Assembly (NCBI RefSeq): GCF_016717175.1
Contig: NZ_JADKFZ010000004.1
DNA length: 64,000 nucleotides
From: Nannocystis sp.
GTDB taxonomy: Bacteria; Myxococcota_A; Polyangia; Nannocystales; Nannocystaceae
Direction: 5' to 3' (one strand)
Position numbers and translations under genes: made by a program. The notes beneath the pieces were generated by a model, which had not been told where the DNA came from, made no database searches, and saw only the letters and a list, made by a program, of their open reading frames with translations. Positions 40,223-54,068 of the stretch are shown in pieces (positions within the stretch are counted from its first letter, which is position 1; every line of letters starts with the position of its first letter).

Positions 40223-41179
40223 TCACAGCGCGCTACGAGTCGCCGAGTGGGCCGCGTGGAACGCCGCCTTGAGCCCGGCGACGCGCGGCGCGTCCTCGAG
40301 GTCGATCGGCGGGATGGTGTCGTAGGCCTCGTAGAAGATCGTCGGCTTCAGGTCATCGGCGATCTCGAGGGCGCGGCGGATCTTGCGGTTGTCGGGCACG
40401 AAGCCGCGGGGCACCAGCGACTCGATGCACTGGCCGATCGTCCCCTGCAAGCCGCAGATCAGGATCTGCACCGCGCTCGGCAGGAAGCCCCCGCGCGGCA
40501 GCCCGAGCAGGTCCTCGAGGCCGTCGATGCGCCCGGGCCCGAAGAAGCTCTCGGCGCGGCCGCTGTGGCCGCGCCAGTTCGGGTCCTGCTGGGGTCGGCT
40601 GACGGTCGGCAGGTAGTGCAGGCCGTGGTTGCGGACCAGCGCCTCGAGCTCGTCGCGGTAGCCGAGGTCGGCGCTGTAGCTGGCGCCGTGGATGATCACG
40701 TAGTCGGCCAGCGAGCGCCGCGGGTCCTGGTTGACCTCGCTGCGCACCATCGACAGGAACGGCGCAAGTCCGGTGCCCGCGGCCACGCACACCTTGATCC
40801 TGCGGTCGTCGATGCCGACGGTGTCGGGCACCGTGAACTTGCCGGTCGGGTGCACGCGCACGTACATGCGGTCGCCGGCCTTGCGGGTCCACAGCAGGTG
40901 CGTGAAGGGGTTGTCCGACTCGGGCCGCTCGACGTAGCGGATGTAGAACTCGACCAGGTCGCGGCGCTCCGGCGCCGACGCGATCGACATCGGGCGGCGC
41001 ACCCCGCCGAGCTCGACCTTCACCTCGTTGTTGAGCCCGAGGACCATGTACTGTCCGGGCACGAACCACGAGCCGGTGCCCGGCAGGGCCTCGTCGGGAC
41101 GGATGCGAAACACACCCAGCGCGGATGTGAGGTCCTCACGCTCCACCAGCGTCGCGTTGTATTCGAGCGGCTTGGCCAT
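40223..41179 (-). CDS. Ferredoxin-NADP+ reductase-like FAD/NAD(P)-binding oxidoreductase
   Basis: 318 aa from the ATG at 41179. FAD-binding RPMSIAS and NAD-binding VCVAAGTGLAPF motifs. The upstream 258 codons of the listed ORF are rejected. Confidence 0.8.
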   Translation of the reverse strand: MAKPLEYNATLVEREDLTSALGVFRIRPDEALPGTGSWFVPGQYMVLGLNNEVKVELGGVRRPMSIASAPERRDLVEFYIRYVERPESDNPFTHLLWTRKAGDRMYVRVHPTGKFTVPDTVGIDDRRIKVCVAAGTGLAPFLSMVRSEVNQDPRRSLADYVIIHGASYSADLGYRDELEALVRNHGLHYLPTVSRPQQDPNWRGHSGRAESFFGPGRIDGLEDLLGLPRGGFLPSAVQILICGLQGTIGQCIESLVPRGFVPDNRKIRRALEIADDLKPTIFYEAYDTIPPIDLEDAPRVAGLKAAFHAAHSATRSAL

Positions 41180-41302
41180 AGGCGCCGCATCATGCACCAG
41201 GGGCGCGCTCGTCGCCAGGCCCGTGAGGCGGCCCAGAGAGCCACGAAACGAAGTTACTAATGGTGGCATCTGGCCCAGGATCGGGTTGGCGCGGCGCTTG
41301 CT

Positions 41303-42109
41303 GTGGGGGCGGCCCACACCATGTCTGCCGCCCTTGAAGCCCCGCGGATCCTCGCGGTCGATGACGACGCCGACGCCCTCTGCGAGCTCGTGCGGGCGCT
41401 CGAGGGTAGCGGCTGCGTCGTGCTCATCGCCCGCGACGCCGACGCCGGGCTGCGGCTGGCGATCGAGCAGGTGCCCGACCTCATCGTCGCCAGCGTCGAT
41501 CTGCCCGGCGTCGACGGCTGGGCCCTCGCCAAGCACGTGCGCAGCCGGCCGCGTCTGGCCCTGATCCCGTTCATCTTCCTCACCCGCGGCGACACCCACG
41601 AGGATCGCCTGCGCGGCTTCCAGCTCGGCGGCGACGACTTCGTGCGCAAGCCGCTGCGGGCCGCGGAGCTCGGCGCGCGCGTGCAGGGCTCGCTGCGTCG
41701 GCAGGCGCGCATCGTCGGCGCCGTCCAGCAACATCTGCGCGAGGTCTCGGCCCGGCCCGCCCCGGAGCCTGGTCGCCTCGGCATCGCCGGGACCCTCGAG
41801 CAGGTCGGCCTCCCGGCGCTGCTGACGATGCTGGAGCTCGAGCACAAGACCGGTGTCCTGACCCTGCTGCGCCGCGATCCGCCGCGCGAGGCTTGCCTGT
41901 ACATCGTCGCGGGTCGGGTCCACGGCGCCCATCTCGCCGGACGTCAGCCGCTGCACCGCGCGGCCGCCGTCTACGAGCTGCTGCGCTGGGACAGCGGCCG
42001 CTTCGAGTTCGTCGCCCGGCCGGTCGCGCAGCGCGACGAGATCGGGCTCAGCACTGGCGAGCTACTGCTCGAGGGGGCGCGCCGCATCGACGCCGACGTG
42101 CGCTGTTAG
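41303..42109 (+). CDS. Response regulator receiver fused to a DUF4388 (PATAN-like) domain
   Basis: ILAVDDD...D...LIVASVDLPGVDGW...FLTRGD...K receiver, then GTLEQVGLPALLTMLELEHKTGVLTL (DUF4388). Confidence 0.8.
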   Translation: MGAAHTMSAALEAPRILAVDDDADALCELVRALEGSGCVVLIARDADAGLRLAIEQVPDLIVASVDLPGVDGWALAKHVRSRPRLALIPFIFLTRGDTHEDRLRGFQLGGDDFVRKPLRAAELGARVQGSLRRQARIVGAVQQHLREVSARPAPEPGRLGIAGTLEQVGLPALLTMLELEHKTGVLTLLRRDPPREACLYIVAGRVHGAHLAGRQPLHRAAAVYELLRWDSGRFEFVARPVAQRDEIGLSTGELLLEGARRIDADVRC

Positions 42110-42137
42110 CTGTCCGCGGGGACAGCTGTCGCGGACG
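42109..42137. repeat. REP-like hairpin AGCTGTCCGCGGGGACAGCT immediately after the regulator gene stop
   Basis: Direct reading. Family member. Confidence 0.7.
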
Positions 42138-42166
42138 CCTGCCGGACGCGGGCCGCATGTGCCGCC

Positions 42167-42448
42167 TCACGGCCCGCCGGTCGTCTCGCCGTCGGTCGTC
42201 CGGGCGTCGGTGTCGACGCTGCATCGTCCGGTCCCGACCTCGAAGCTGGCCCACACGCCGGCCTCGCAGCGCAGCCCGTGGTACAGCCCGCAGCTGTCGC
42301 GCTCGGGCGCACAGACCTCGCCGTCCTGCGGGCACAGGCTGCCCTCCTCGGGCAACTCCTCGCACGCCTCCGTCGCCGGCGGCGACGCCTCGCAGGCGCC
42401 GTCGGCGAGCGCGACGGTCAGCAGCAACAGCGCGCGGTGCAGCCTCAC
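42167..42448 (-). CDS. Small secreted cysteine-rich protein (93 aa)
   Basis: Signal peptide (MRLHRALLLLTVALADGA) followed by eight Cys. Could be a short shadow ORF. Confidence 0.4.
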   Translation of the reverse strand: MRLHRALLLLTVALADGACEASPPATEACEELPEEGSLCPQDGEVCAPERDSCGLYHGLRCEAGVWASFEVGTGRCSVDTDARTTDGETTGGP

Positions 42449-42575
42449 GCCGCATCCCTAGCAAAGCCAGTCGCGCTGTCGAATTTGTGGCGGCGGCGAG
42501 TGCCCACCCGGCCCGCGTGGATGTGCCACGGGTGACCTGAGGAGTGCCTGGCGAAGGACTGCGCGACGAGGCCGC

Positions 42576-45563
<2,988 letters not shown>

Positions 45564-45656
45564 GGGCGAGGCCGGGTTTTCCCACGGATCTCGGGTGGAC
45601 GCCACCACCACGACCCCCCTTGCCGAGACGCGGCCGCGGGCTAACACTGGCCCGCC

Positions 45657-46667
45657 GTGAAGGACCTCTACTCCACCCTCGGCGTCGCCAAGACGGCGGA
45701 CGCTGCCGAGATCAAGCGCTCGTATCGCAAGCTCACGCAGCAGTTTCACCCGGACAAGAACCCGGGCGACAAGCAGGCCGAGGACCGCTTCAAGGAGGTC
45801 TCGTCGGCCTACGAGGTGCTGAGCGACGCCGACAAGCGCAAGAACTATGACGAGTTCGGCGACATGAGCCTGACCCAGGGCTTCGACGTCGAGCGCGCCC
45901 GCGCCTACAAGAACGCGACCCGCGGCGGCGGCGGTGGTCGGCGCCCGCGCGGCGCTGGCGGCTTCCCGGGTGGCGGCGGCGGCTTCGACGAGAGCATGTT
46001 CTCCAACATGGGCGACGCCCGCGGCACCTCCTTCGACGACCTGCTCTCGCAGCTGTTCGGCGGCGGTCGCGTCGTCGATCCCTTCGGCGCTGGCGCTGGC
46101 GCTGGCGGCGGGCGTGCGCGTGGACCGGTGAGCCGCCGCGGCCACGACATCGAGGGCGAGATCACGATCGACTTCATGGACATGCTGCGCGGCAAGGTCG
46201 TGCCCCTGCGCATCGAGTCCGAGTCCGGCAGCGGCCGCACCCTCGACGTCAAGGTCCCGCCCGGCATCGCCGACGGCGGCAAGCTGCGCATGCGCGGGCA
46301 GGGCGGGCAGGGCGACCCGAACGGCGACATCCTCCTCACCGTCAAGGTCGCGCCGCACCCTCGCCTCAAGCGCGACGGCCAGCACCTCCTCCTCAGCCTC
46401 CCCGTCACCGCCCTCGAGGCCTACCGCGGCGGCCCCATCGACGTCCCGACCCCCGGCGGCACGGTCACCCTCAAGCTCAAGCCCGGCAGCCAGAACGGCC
46501 AGACCCTGCGCCTCAAGGGCAAGGGCATCGCCAGCCCCGGCCAGGAGCCCGGCGACCTGCTCGTCACCCTCGACCTGCGCCTGCCGCCGCCCGGCGACGC
46601 CGCCCTGCTCGCCGCGTTGGAGCAGCTCCAGGCCGACGAGGATCCGCGCGCTGACCTCGATCTGTAG
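45657..46667 (+). CDS. DnaJ-domain protein (CbpA/DnaJ-like, no zinc finger)
   Basis: J-domain YSTLGV...HPDKN with a G/F-rich region and C-terminal DnaJ_C beta domains. GTG start. Confidence 0.85.
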   Translation: MKDLYSTLGVAKTADAAEIKRSYRKLTQQFHPDKNPGDKQAEDRFKEVSSAYEVLSDADKRKNYDEFGDMSLTQGFDVERARAYKNATRGGGGGRRPRGAGGFPGGGGGFDESMFSNMGDARGTSFDDLLSQLFGGGRVVDPFGAGAGAGGGRARGPVSRRGHDIEGEITIDFMDMLRGKVVPLRIESESGSGRTLDVKVPPGIADGGKLRMRGQGGQGDPNGDILLTVKVAPHPRLKRDGQHLLLSLPVTALEAYRGGPIDVPTPGGTVTLKLKPGSQNGQTLRLKGKGIASPGQEPGDLLVTLDLRLPPPGDAALLAALEQLQADEDPRADLDL

Positions 46668-46668
46668 A

Positions 46669-46686
46669 CCTGTCCGGAGGGACAGG
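46669..46686. repeat. REP-like hairpin CCTGTCCGGAGGGACAGG, 2 nt after the DnaJ stop
   Basis: Direct reading. Perfect 7-bp stem. Confidence 0.75.
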
Positions 46687-46721
46687 TCACGTGGTCGCCG
46701 CAGCTCGGGACACCGTGCTAT

Positions 46722-47687
<966 letters not shown>

Positions 47688-47699
47688 GCCTGGGCGGCC

Positions 47700-48740
47700 C
47701 GGGTGTCGCCCGATACGAGCTTCGTCGCACGGGGTGCTGCGGTCTGGCGGCCGATACGGGCCGCTGCGGTCCGGTGGCCCGATACGAGCTCCGTCGCACG
47801 GGCCTGGAGGTGGCCCGATACGAGTTCCGTCGCACGGGCCGCTGCGGTCCGGCTGGGTGCCCGCGCAGGCTCGAGAAGCCGGAGGTCCGAGAGGGGGGTC
47901 GCCCTCAAACACGGCCTGACACACCGTCGCCGGGGCGATTCCCGGGTCTACGCCGAACTCGGTCGACCCCCCTCTCGGCCCTCCGGCGCGGCAAGCCTCC
48001 GCTCAAGGACGGTGCGGTCGGCGTCGCCGAAGCCGGACCACAGCGGCCCTGAGGGCACGCCAGGGTGGCGCGGACATGTCTCTCGGGACAGTCGTTCCGT
48101 GCGTGGGTGGCAGCTGTCCGCGGGGACATGTCGCGCAGCTGTCCGCGGGGACATGTCGCGTGTTTCCCGAGGCAGCTGTCCGCGGGGGCATGTCGCGTGG
48201 TTCCTGAGGCAGCTGTCCGCGGGGACATGTCGCGTGTTTCCCGAGGCAGCTGTCCGCGGGGACATGTCGCGTGTTTCCCGAGGCAGCTGTCCGCGGGGAC
48301 ATGTCGCGTGTCTCCCGAGGCAGCTGTCCGCGGGGGCATGTCACGTGGTTCCTGGGGCAGCTGTCCGCGGGGACATGTCGCGTGTCTCCCGAGGCAGCTG
48401 TCCGCGGGGACATGTCGCCTACACCGGAGCCGTCTCGGCGCGGATGTCCGAGCGGACATGACGTGGCTTTCAGGGCCGATGCGGGTCCGGCTTCGGCGAG
48501 CCGACCGCACCGTCCTTTAGCGAAGGCCTCCCGGGCCGGAGGCCGACGGAGGTCTCGACCGAGTCCGGCGTAGACCCGGGCATCACTCCGGCGACGGTGT
48601 GTCAGGCCGTGTTTGAGGGCGAGACCTCCGTCGGTCTCCGGCTTCTCGAGGATGCGCGGGCGCCCAGCCGGACCCGCGTCGGCCCGTGCGACGGTGTCGG
48701 TATCGGGTCAGCAGAGGCTCGTGCGACAACAGGCCAGAAG
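47700..48740. repeat. Complex non-coding repeat element: imperfect long inverted repeats (~47700-48060 and ~48470-48740) flanking about eight tandem copies of a 37-bp unit (48095-48425)
   Basis: The unit gaggcagctgtccgcggggacatgtcgcgtgtttccc repeats head-to-tail with minor variants. The left arm (...ggtcgccctcaaacacggcctgacacaccgtcgccggggcgattcccgggtctacgccgaactcggtcgacc...) is the reverse complement of the right arm (...ggtcgagaccgagtccggcgtagacccgggcatcactccggcgacggtgtgtcaggccgtgtttgagggcgagacc...). The ccgatacgag...gtcgcacggg subrepeats are mirrored too. Track ORFs here are artefacts of the repeat. Confidence 0.8.
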
Positions 48741-48747
48741 AGGCAGA

Positions 48748-49371
48748 TCAGGCCGTCGTGATCAGCCCGGCCGGCAGGTGGCCGGTGTCGTTGTAACTGA
48801 TCAGGGCCTCGAAGCCCTCGGGGTAGACGCGCAGCTCGGTGATGCCGCAGTGGCAGCAGTCGAAGCGGCTCCACGCCTCGTAGGGGAGGCGCAGCGTGCT
48901 CGTGACGAGGTAGCGGATCAGGTTGCCGTGGGTGAAGATGACGCAGAAGCTGGTCTGCTTGGGCGTGCGAAAGAAGCGCTCGCGGACGCGTTCGATCTGG
49001 CGGACGGTGACGGCGCGCTCCTCCGCGGTGGTGAAGGGCAGGCCGGGGTGGGCGCCGAACTCGGCGATCTTGTCGGCGTCGAGGAGGGGCAGGACCTCGT
49101 GCAGGTACGGCTTCACCTTGATGCGGTCGATGTTCAGCTCGTGCGCCGCGATCTCGGCCGTCTGCAGGGCGCGCGGCCAGGGGCTGGCGAACAGGCCCTC
49201 GAACTTGCCCTGCGCGGCCTCGATGAGCTGGACCAGGCGGCGGCCGGTGCGGGCGGCCTGGCGGCGGCCGAGGGCGGTCAAGCCCCATACGGTGTCGCCC
49301 TGGTCGCCGATGCGCTCGTAGTGTCCGTGTCTGACGAGCAGGATCCGGCTGTAGACGACTTCGAGGCTCAT
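48748..49371 (-). CDS. Histidine phosphatase superfamily protein (phosphoglycerate mutase-like)
   Basis: RHG catalytic motif ([10 protein letters not shown]) and a C-terminal H at [13 protein letters not shown] at 49371. Confidence 0.75.
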   Translation of the reverse strand: MSLEVVYSRILLVRHGHYERIGDQGDTVWGLTALGRRQAARTGRRLVQLIEAAQGKFEGLFASPWPRALQTAEIAAHELNIDRIKVKPYLHEVLPLLDADKIAEFGAHPGLPFTTAEERAVTVRQIERVRERFFRTPKQTSFCVIFTHGNLIRYLVTSTLRLPYEAWSRFDCCHCGITELRVYPEGFEALISYNDTGHLPAGLITTA

Positions 49372-49721
49372 GGACGCGGAGGGTTGCTTGTAACACGACG
49401 GGCCCTGCTTGGGGTGGCCTGTGCGATCGATGCTGGCGGGGTGATCGCGGCGCGTCGGAGGCGGCGCCACAGGGCCAGGTCGCCGGCGATCAGGCGCTCC
49501 TTGTCGCAGCGGGGGAGGGCCTTGATCGCCCGCTCGAGCTGACGGGCGGCCCGCGGGGTCTGGCGGCCGCGCTTCCAGACCAGCACGACCGGGCCGCGGC
49601 CGCGGGTGTACTTGGCCCCGGCGCCGCGGTTGTGCAGGGCGATGCGGGCCGCGAGGTCGCGGGCGATCCCGGTGTAGAGGCTGCCGTCGGCGCAGCGCAG
49701 GACGTAGACCGAGTAAGTCAC
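49368..49721 (-). CDS. GIY-YIG nuclease-domain protein (YhbQ/UPF0213-like)
   Basis: [46 protein letters not shown] matches the GIY-YIG consensus. GTG at 49721 proposed. The 5' end is tandemly duplicated upstream. Confidence 0.65.
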   Translation of the reverse strand: MTYSVYVLRCADGSLYTGIARDLAARIALHNRGAGAKYTRGRGPVVLVWKRGRQTPRAARQLERAIKALPRCDKERLIAGDLALWRRLRRAAITPPASIAQATPSRARRVTSNPPRP

Positions 49722-49795
49722 CGGGCGGGCCTGTCGTGGCGGCTGCCGTCGGCGCAGCGCAGCAGGTAGACCGAGCAGGTCACCGGGCGGCACCG
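49679..49795. repeat. ~60-bp tandem duplication covering the 5' end of the GIY-YIG gene
   Basis: ggctgccgtcggcgcagcgcaggacgtagaccgagtaagtcaccgggcgg is repeated as ggctgccgtcggcgcagcgcagcaggtagaccgagcaggtcaccgggcgg 62 nt upstream. Confidence 0.75.
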
Positions 49796-51819
49796 CCGTG
49801 GGTGGCGCCGCTGTGTTCGGCGATCACCGCCAGCAGATCGGCGCCGTACTTCTCGGCCTTGGCCGGGCCGATCCCGTGGGCCAGGAGCAGCTGTTCACGC
49901 GAGCTCGGGCGCAGCAGCGCGAGGTCGCGCAGGCTGCGGTCGCTGGCGACGACGTAGGGCGGCACGCCGTCGCGGCCGGCGAGCTCCATGCGGCGGCCGC
50001 GGAGGCGCTGGAACAGGGCCAGGCCGGCGGCGTCGAGGGCCACCTCATCGCTGGTCTCGGCCGGGCCGCGGGTGGGCCTGGGCATCGACTTGCCGCTCGT
50101 GTGGGGCAGCATGCGGGTGACGCTGAGCGCGGGGAGCAGGAGGCGGGCCGGGGCCTCGCCCTTCATCACGCGGCGGCCGGCCTCGGTGAGGACCGCGAGG
50201 GGTTTGTCGTCGCCGGAGAACTCGACCCAGCCGGCGACGATGCAGCGCCGGAGCAGGCGCATGAGCCAGGCGGGGTCGTACTCCTTGAGGCTGGCGAAGG
50301 TGGGGGTGTGGATCAGGCCGGAGCGCTCGAGGCGGTCGTCGGCGCGGCCGGCGAGGAGGTTGGCGGCCGCGGCGAGGCCGAAGCGGCGGTGCACGCGGGC
50401 GACCGCGCTGAGGGCCTTGCGGACGATGAGGGTGACGGTCGCGGGGTCGGCTGTCCCGCGGGCCAGGTCGAGACAGACGTCGCAGCGGCCGCAGCCGCCG
50501 AGCGCCTCGCCCTCGTCGCCGAAGTAGCGGAGGATCGCGTCGTGGCGGCACGAGCCGCCCTCGGCCCAGCGCATGAGCTCGAGGAAGAGGTTCCACTTGT
50601 GCTCGACGACGGCGGGCTGGGGCGGGCTGTCCTCGCTGCCGCGCTCGATCAGGCGCCGGCGCAGCGGCATGTCGCCGGGGGCGATCAGCATGAGCGCGTG
50701 GGCGTCGGCGCCGTCGCGACCGGCGCGGCCGACCTCCTGGTAGTAGGCCTCGAGCGAGCTCGGCGGGGCCAGGTGGATCACGGCGCGCACGTCGGCGCGA
50801 TCGATGCCCATGCCGAAGGCGTTGGTGGCGACGACGACGTCGAGCTGGCTGAGCATGAACTGCTCCTGCGCCCGCTCGCGGACCTGGGGCTCGAGGCCGG
50901 CGTGGTAGGCCTTGCAGCGCCAGCCCTGGCCGGCCAGGCGGGCCTGCTCCTGCTCGGCGGACTTGCGGGTCGGGGCGTAGACGATCGCCGTTCCAGAAAC
51001 GAGGCTGCGGCTGAGGGTCTTGCTGGGGCCGCGGCCGAGTGCTTGCGCGAGCAATTGATCGACGGCGTGGTCGCGGCTGCGGCGGTCGTCGTCCTCGCGG
51101 ACCTGGAGGGCGAGGTTGGGGCGGGCGAAGCCCTGGATCAGCTGCGGGGTGTCGCTGTGGAGGCCGAGGCGGGCGAGGATCTCGTCGCGGACGATCGGCG
51201 TGGCGGTGGCGGTGCAGGCGAGCACGCGGGCGTGGGCGTGCTCGCGCACCAGCTCGCCGATCTGCAGGTACTCGGGGCGGAAGTCGTGGCCCCACTCGCT
51301 GATGCAGTGGGCCTCGTCGATGGCGAGCAGGGGGACGTGGATCTTGCGCAGGATCTCGCGGAAGGCGGGCGAGCCGAGGCGCTCGGGGGCGGCGTAGATC
51401 AGCTTGTACTGGCCGCGGGCGAGGCCGGAGAGGCGGGCGCTGATCTCGTGGCCGGGCAGGGTGCTGGCGAGGAAGGTCGCCGCGACGCCGCGGGCTTGCA
51501 GGGCCTGGACCTGGTCGGCCATCAGGGCGATCAGCGGCGAGAGCACCACGGTGGTGCCCGGCAGCAGCAGCGCCGGGAGCTGAAAGCTGAGGCTCTTGCC
51601 GCCGCCGGTCGGGGCGATCAGCAGGAGGCGGCCGGCGTCGAGCAGGGTGGTGATCGCCTCGCGCTGGCCGGGGCGGAAGCTCTCGAGGCCGAGCTGGCGC
51701 AGGGCGGCCTCGAGGTCGAAGCCGTGATCATGATCGAGGCCATGATCGAGGCCATGATCGAGGCCGTGATCGAGGGCTCGAACATCCGCGTCGACGTCCA
51801 TGTCGGCTGGGGCGCTCAC
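49780..51819 (-). CDS. recQ: ATP-dependent DNA helicase RecQ
   Basis: Helicase motifs I-VI ([12 protein letters not shown]), the RQC zinc-binding cysteines and a C-terminal HRDC domain. The N-terminus carries [12 protein letters not shown] encoded by a 12-bp tandem repeat (51716-51778). Confidence 0.9.
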   Translation of the reverse strand: MSAPADMDVDADVRALDHGLDHGLDHGLDHDHGFDLEAALRQLGLESFRPGQREAITTLLDAGRLLLIAPTGGGKSLSFQLPALLLPGTTVVLSPLIALMADQVQALQARGVAATFLASTLPGHEISARLSGLARGQYKLIYAAPERLGSPAFREILRKIHVPLLAIDEAHCISEWGHDFRPEYLQIGELVREHAHARVLACTATATPIVRDEILARLGLHSDTPQLIQGFARPNLALQVREDDDRRSRDHAVDQLLAQALGRGPSKTLSRSLVSGTAIVYAPTRKSAEQEQARLAGQGWRCKAYHAGLEPQVRERAQEQFMLSQLDVVVATNAFGMGIDRADVRAVIHLAPPSSLEAYYQEVGRAGRDGADAHALMLIAPGDMPLRRRLIERGSEDSPPQPAVVEHKWNLFLELMRWAEGGSCRHDAILRYFGDEGEALGGCGRCDVCLDLARGTADPATVTLIVRKALSAVARVHRRFGLAAAANLLAGRADDRLERSGLIHTPTFASLKEYDPAWLMRLLRRCIVAGWVEFSGDDKPLAVLTEAGRRVMKGEAPARLLLPALSVTRMLPHTSGKSMPRPTRGPAETSDEVALDAAGLALFQRLRGRRMELAGRDGVPPYVVASDRSLRDLALLRPSSREQLLLAHGIGPAKAEKYGADLLAVIAEHSGATHGGAAR

Positions 51820-51885
51820 AGGCGGCGAGGATGATCTGCGGCGTGCTCGCGCGCAAGTGGCGGATCGCAGATCACGGCGATGCGA

Positions 51886-53937
51886 TCAGGGCGCGGGCTT
51901 CGGGGTGCTGCGGGCGAGCTGGAATTCGAGGCGCAGGCGGCCGTCGACGATGTCGGCGGCGAGCCGGGCGGAGCGACCGGTGAGCCAGCCCTGGGCGAAG
52001 TTCAGCTCGCGCTGGGCGTCGTCGATGGTCGCGAACAGCTGCCAGAGATCGGGGAGCTCGAGGTAGAAGGCGGGCAGCACCGCGGCGCTGCGCTCCAGCC
52101 CGAGCATCCACGATAGGCGGTCGTTGCTGTCGGCGACCATGGCCCAGCCGGCCTCGATGTCGCGGTCGCCGGCGCGGACGGTGCCGGGGTCGGTCATGAG
52201 GTAGAGCGAGGCGGGGACCTCGGCGTCGGGGATCTGGGCCTGTTCGACCTTGCCGGTGATCTGCGGCAGCGTGACCGGCGAGAAGCGGACCCCGCCGAGG
52301 CCCATCAGCGAGCGCAGCAGCGCGAGGTCCTGACCTTGCAGGCGCATGTAGCCGATGAAGTCGCCGCTCGGGTTGCCGCGCTGGATGTGGAGGCTGCGCA
52401 GGCTGCCGCCGAGGCCCTCGATGCGGCCGACGGCCTCGAGCGCCTGGCCGAGCATGACGGTCTCCATGCGGCCGCCCTGCTGCTTGGGCCAGCGCTGGGC
52501 GGCGCCGAAGAAGTTGGGCCAGGTCTCGAGGAAGAGGACCAGCGCGCCCCACTCGTCGGCGCGGTTGATCGTGTCCATGAGCTCGCGCTCGGGCTTGGCG
52601 TAGAGGCCGGCGGCCAGCTCGTCGAAGCCCGACAGCGCCGGGAAGCCGGCGGTGCGCAGGCAGGCGAGGCTGCCGTCGCACAGGCCGGAGATCGTCGGCA
52701 CGCTGGCGGCGGCGGGGCTGCGGGTGAGCAGGCGGGTCAGCGTCTCGCGGGCCGCGTCGTCGCGCGGCTCCCACTGGAAGGTCGCCTGCAGGGTGTCGCC
52801 GTCGACGACGACCTCGAGGCGGGCGCCGGAGAACAGGCGTCGGGTCTCGCGCAGACTGCTGAGCGCCGCGGCCTCGGCGAGCGAGGACTGCACGCCCTCG
52901 GTGTACCAGCGCTGGCGGCCCACGGCCTCGGCGACCGACATGACCTCGTGGATCGCGGGCACGGCGTCGGCGTCGGCGTAGACGACGAAGTCGCCGCGCA
53001 GGGTGCTGAGCGGGGCGAGCGAGGCGATCGGCGCGGACAGGGCCTGCTGGACCACGGCCAGGCGCTCGGGGTCGAAGGCGGCGCCGGTGCCGGCCTCGAA
53101 GGTGAAGAAGTCGATCGCGACAGCGCCGTCGGCGGCGCGGATGAGCAGGAGCTCGCGGCTTCCGCCGGTGCACAGCTCACTCGGGCCGAGCTGGCCGCAC
53201 AGGCTGTCGGTCTCGGGGGAGCGGTTCTTGCCGGCGAGGCGGCGCAGCGGCGCGAGCATCAGGCCGAGGTCCTTCACGGGCACGTGGACCCGCGAGTGCG
53301 TGCCGAGAGCGCCGGCGCGGCGGGCCAGCTCGCCCTGATCCGCCGTCGGCTTGGTGATCAGCGGCGGGGGGGGCGGCGGTGGTTGTTGAAAGATCGGGCT
53401 CGGCAGGGGCTCGATCTGCGGCGGGGTGATCGGCGGCGGGATCATGCGGTCGTAGTCGCGGGGGCCCGGGCCGACATCGGAGGGGGTGATGCCGGGGAAG
53501 GGGTCGGGCGGGAGGTTGGTGCCGCGTTGCAGCAGGGCCCGCACACCGGCCGCGTCGCCGAGCGGGCGCATCAGGGTGGCGGTGATCACGGCGTCGGGGT
53601 CGAGGCCGAGGCGGGCGGCGACGTCGTCGACGCGCGGGTCGAAGCCGAGTTCGTTGCCGGCGCGGGCGAGGTCGCGGACGACGTCGGGGCCGAGCGGGAG
53701 CGCCTGCAGCCACCGCTGCGCCTTGCCCGGGCGCAGGCCGATGTAGACGAGGCCGCCGGCGAGGAAGCCCGGCGCGGCGCCGAGATCGGCGGCGGGCAGC
53801 GGCGGGATCCGGGCCTGGATGGCCGCGAGCGCCGGGTCGTCGCTGCCACCCACACCGCTGCCCGACTTGCAGGCCGACAGCGCGAGGGTCAGGGCGGCGA
53901 GGCCACACAGCGACGACGAGACGGATGGGCGTGACAC
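51886..53937 (-). CDS. Hypothetical lipoprotein (683 aa) with proline-rich linker
   Basis: Signal peptide with lipobox (LAALTLALSACKS). PPPPPPP linker. Non-repetitive body. Confidence 0.65.
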   Translation of the reverse strand: MSRPSVSSSLCGLAALTLALSACKSGSGVGGSDDPALAAIQARIPPLPAADLGAAPGFLAGGLVYIGLRPGKAQRWLQALPLGPDVVRDLARAGNELGFDPRVDDVAARLGLDPDAVITATLMRPLGDAAGVRALLQRGTNLPPDPFPGITPSDVGPGPRDYDRMIPPPITPPQIEPLPSPIFQQPPPPPPPLITKPTADQGELARRAGALGTHSRVHVPVKDLGLMLAPLRRLAGKNRSPETDSLCGQLGPSELCTGGSRELLLIRAADGAVAIDFFTFEAGTGAAFDPERLAVVQQALSAPIASLAPLSTLRGDFVVYADADAVPAIHEVMSVAEAVGRQRWYTEGVQSSLAEAAALSSLRETRRLFSGARLEVVVDGDTLQATFQWEPRDDAARETLTRLLTRSPAAASVPTISGLCDGSLACLRTAGFPALSGFDELAAGLYAKPERELMDTINRADEWGALVLFLETWPNFFGAAQRWPKQQGGRMETVMLGQALEAVGRIEGLGGSLRSLHIQRGNPSGDFIGYMRLQGQDLALLRSLMGLGGVRFSPVTLPQITGKVEQAQIPDAEVPASLYLMTDPGTVRAGDRDIEAGWAMVADSNDRLSWMLGLERSAAVLPAFYLELPDLWQLFATIDDAQRELNFAQGWLTGRSARLAADIVDGRLRLEFQLARSTPKPAP

Positions 53938-54068
53938 GGCCGCGAGTATGCCACGCGGCGTCCGCCCGCGGGCCGTGGCGTGGGCGCGCTCCGAGGCGTT
54001 CCAGGAGCGCGCGGGCCTGCGCCCGTCCTGGCCCCGCGAGGGCGCCGGTGATCGTGTAGGGTGGGCCC

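Noticed and set aside
38132-40272. ORFs 38132-40180 (minus) and 38206-40272 (plus)
   Set aside because: Overlap the OPT transporter gene, whose multi-TM hydrophobic periodicity marks it as the real frame
47700-48600. Many 60-250-aa ORFs on both strands, and a possible CRISPR reading of the 37-bp repeats
   Set aside because: ORFs are repetitive translations of the tandem array. Units are contiguous without unique spacers and no cas genes are present, so this is not CRISPR
49798-51834. 678-aa plus-strand ORF, and the 416-aa minus-strand ORF at 50045-51295
   Set aside because: Overlap the RecQ gene in other frames or on the other strand. RecQ has complete helicase motifs
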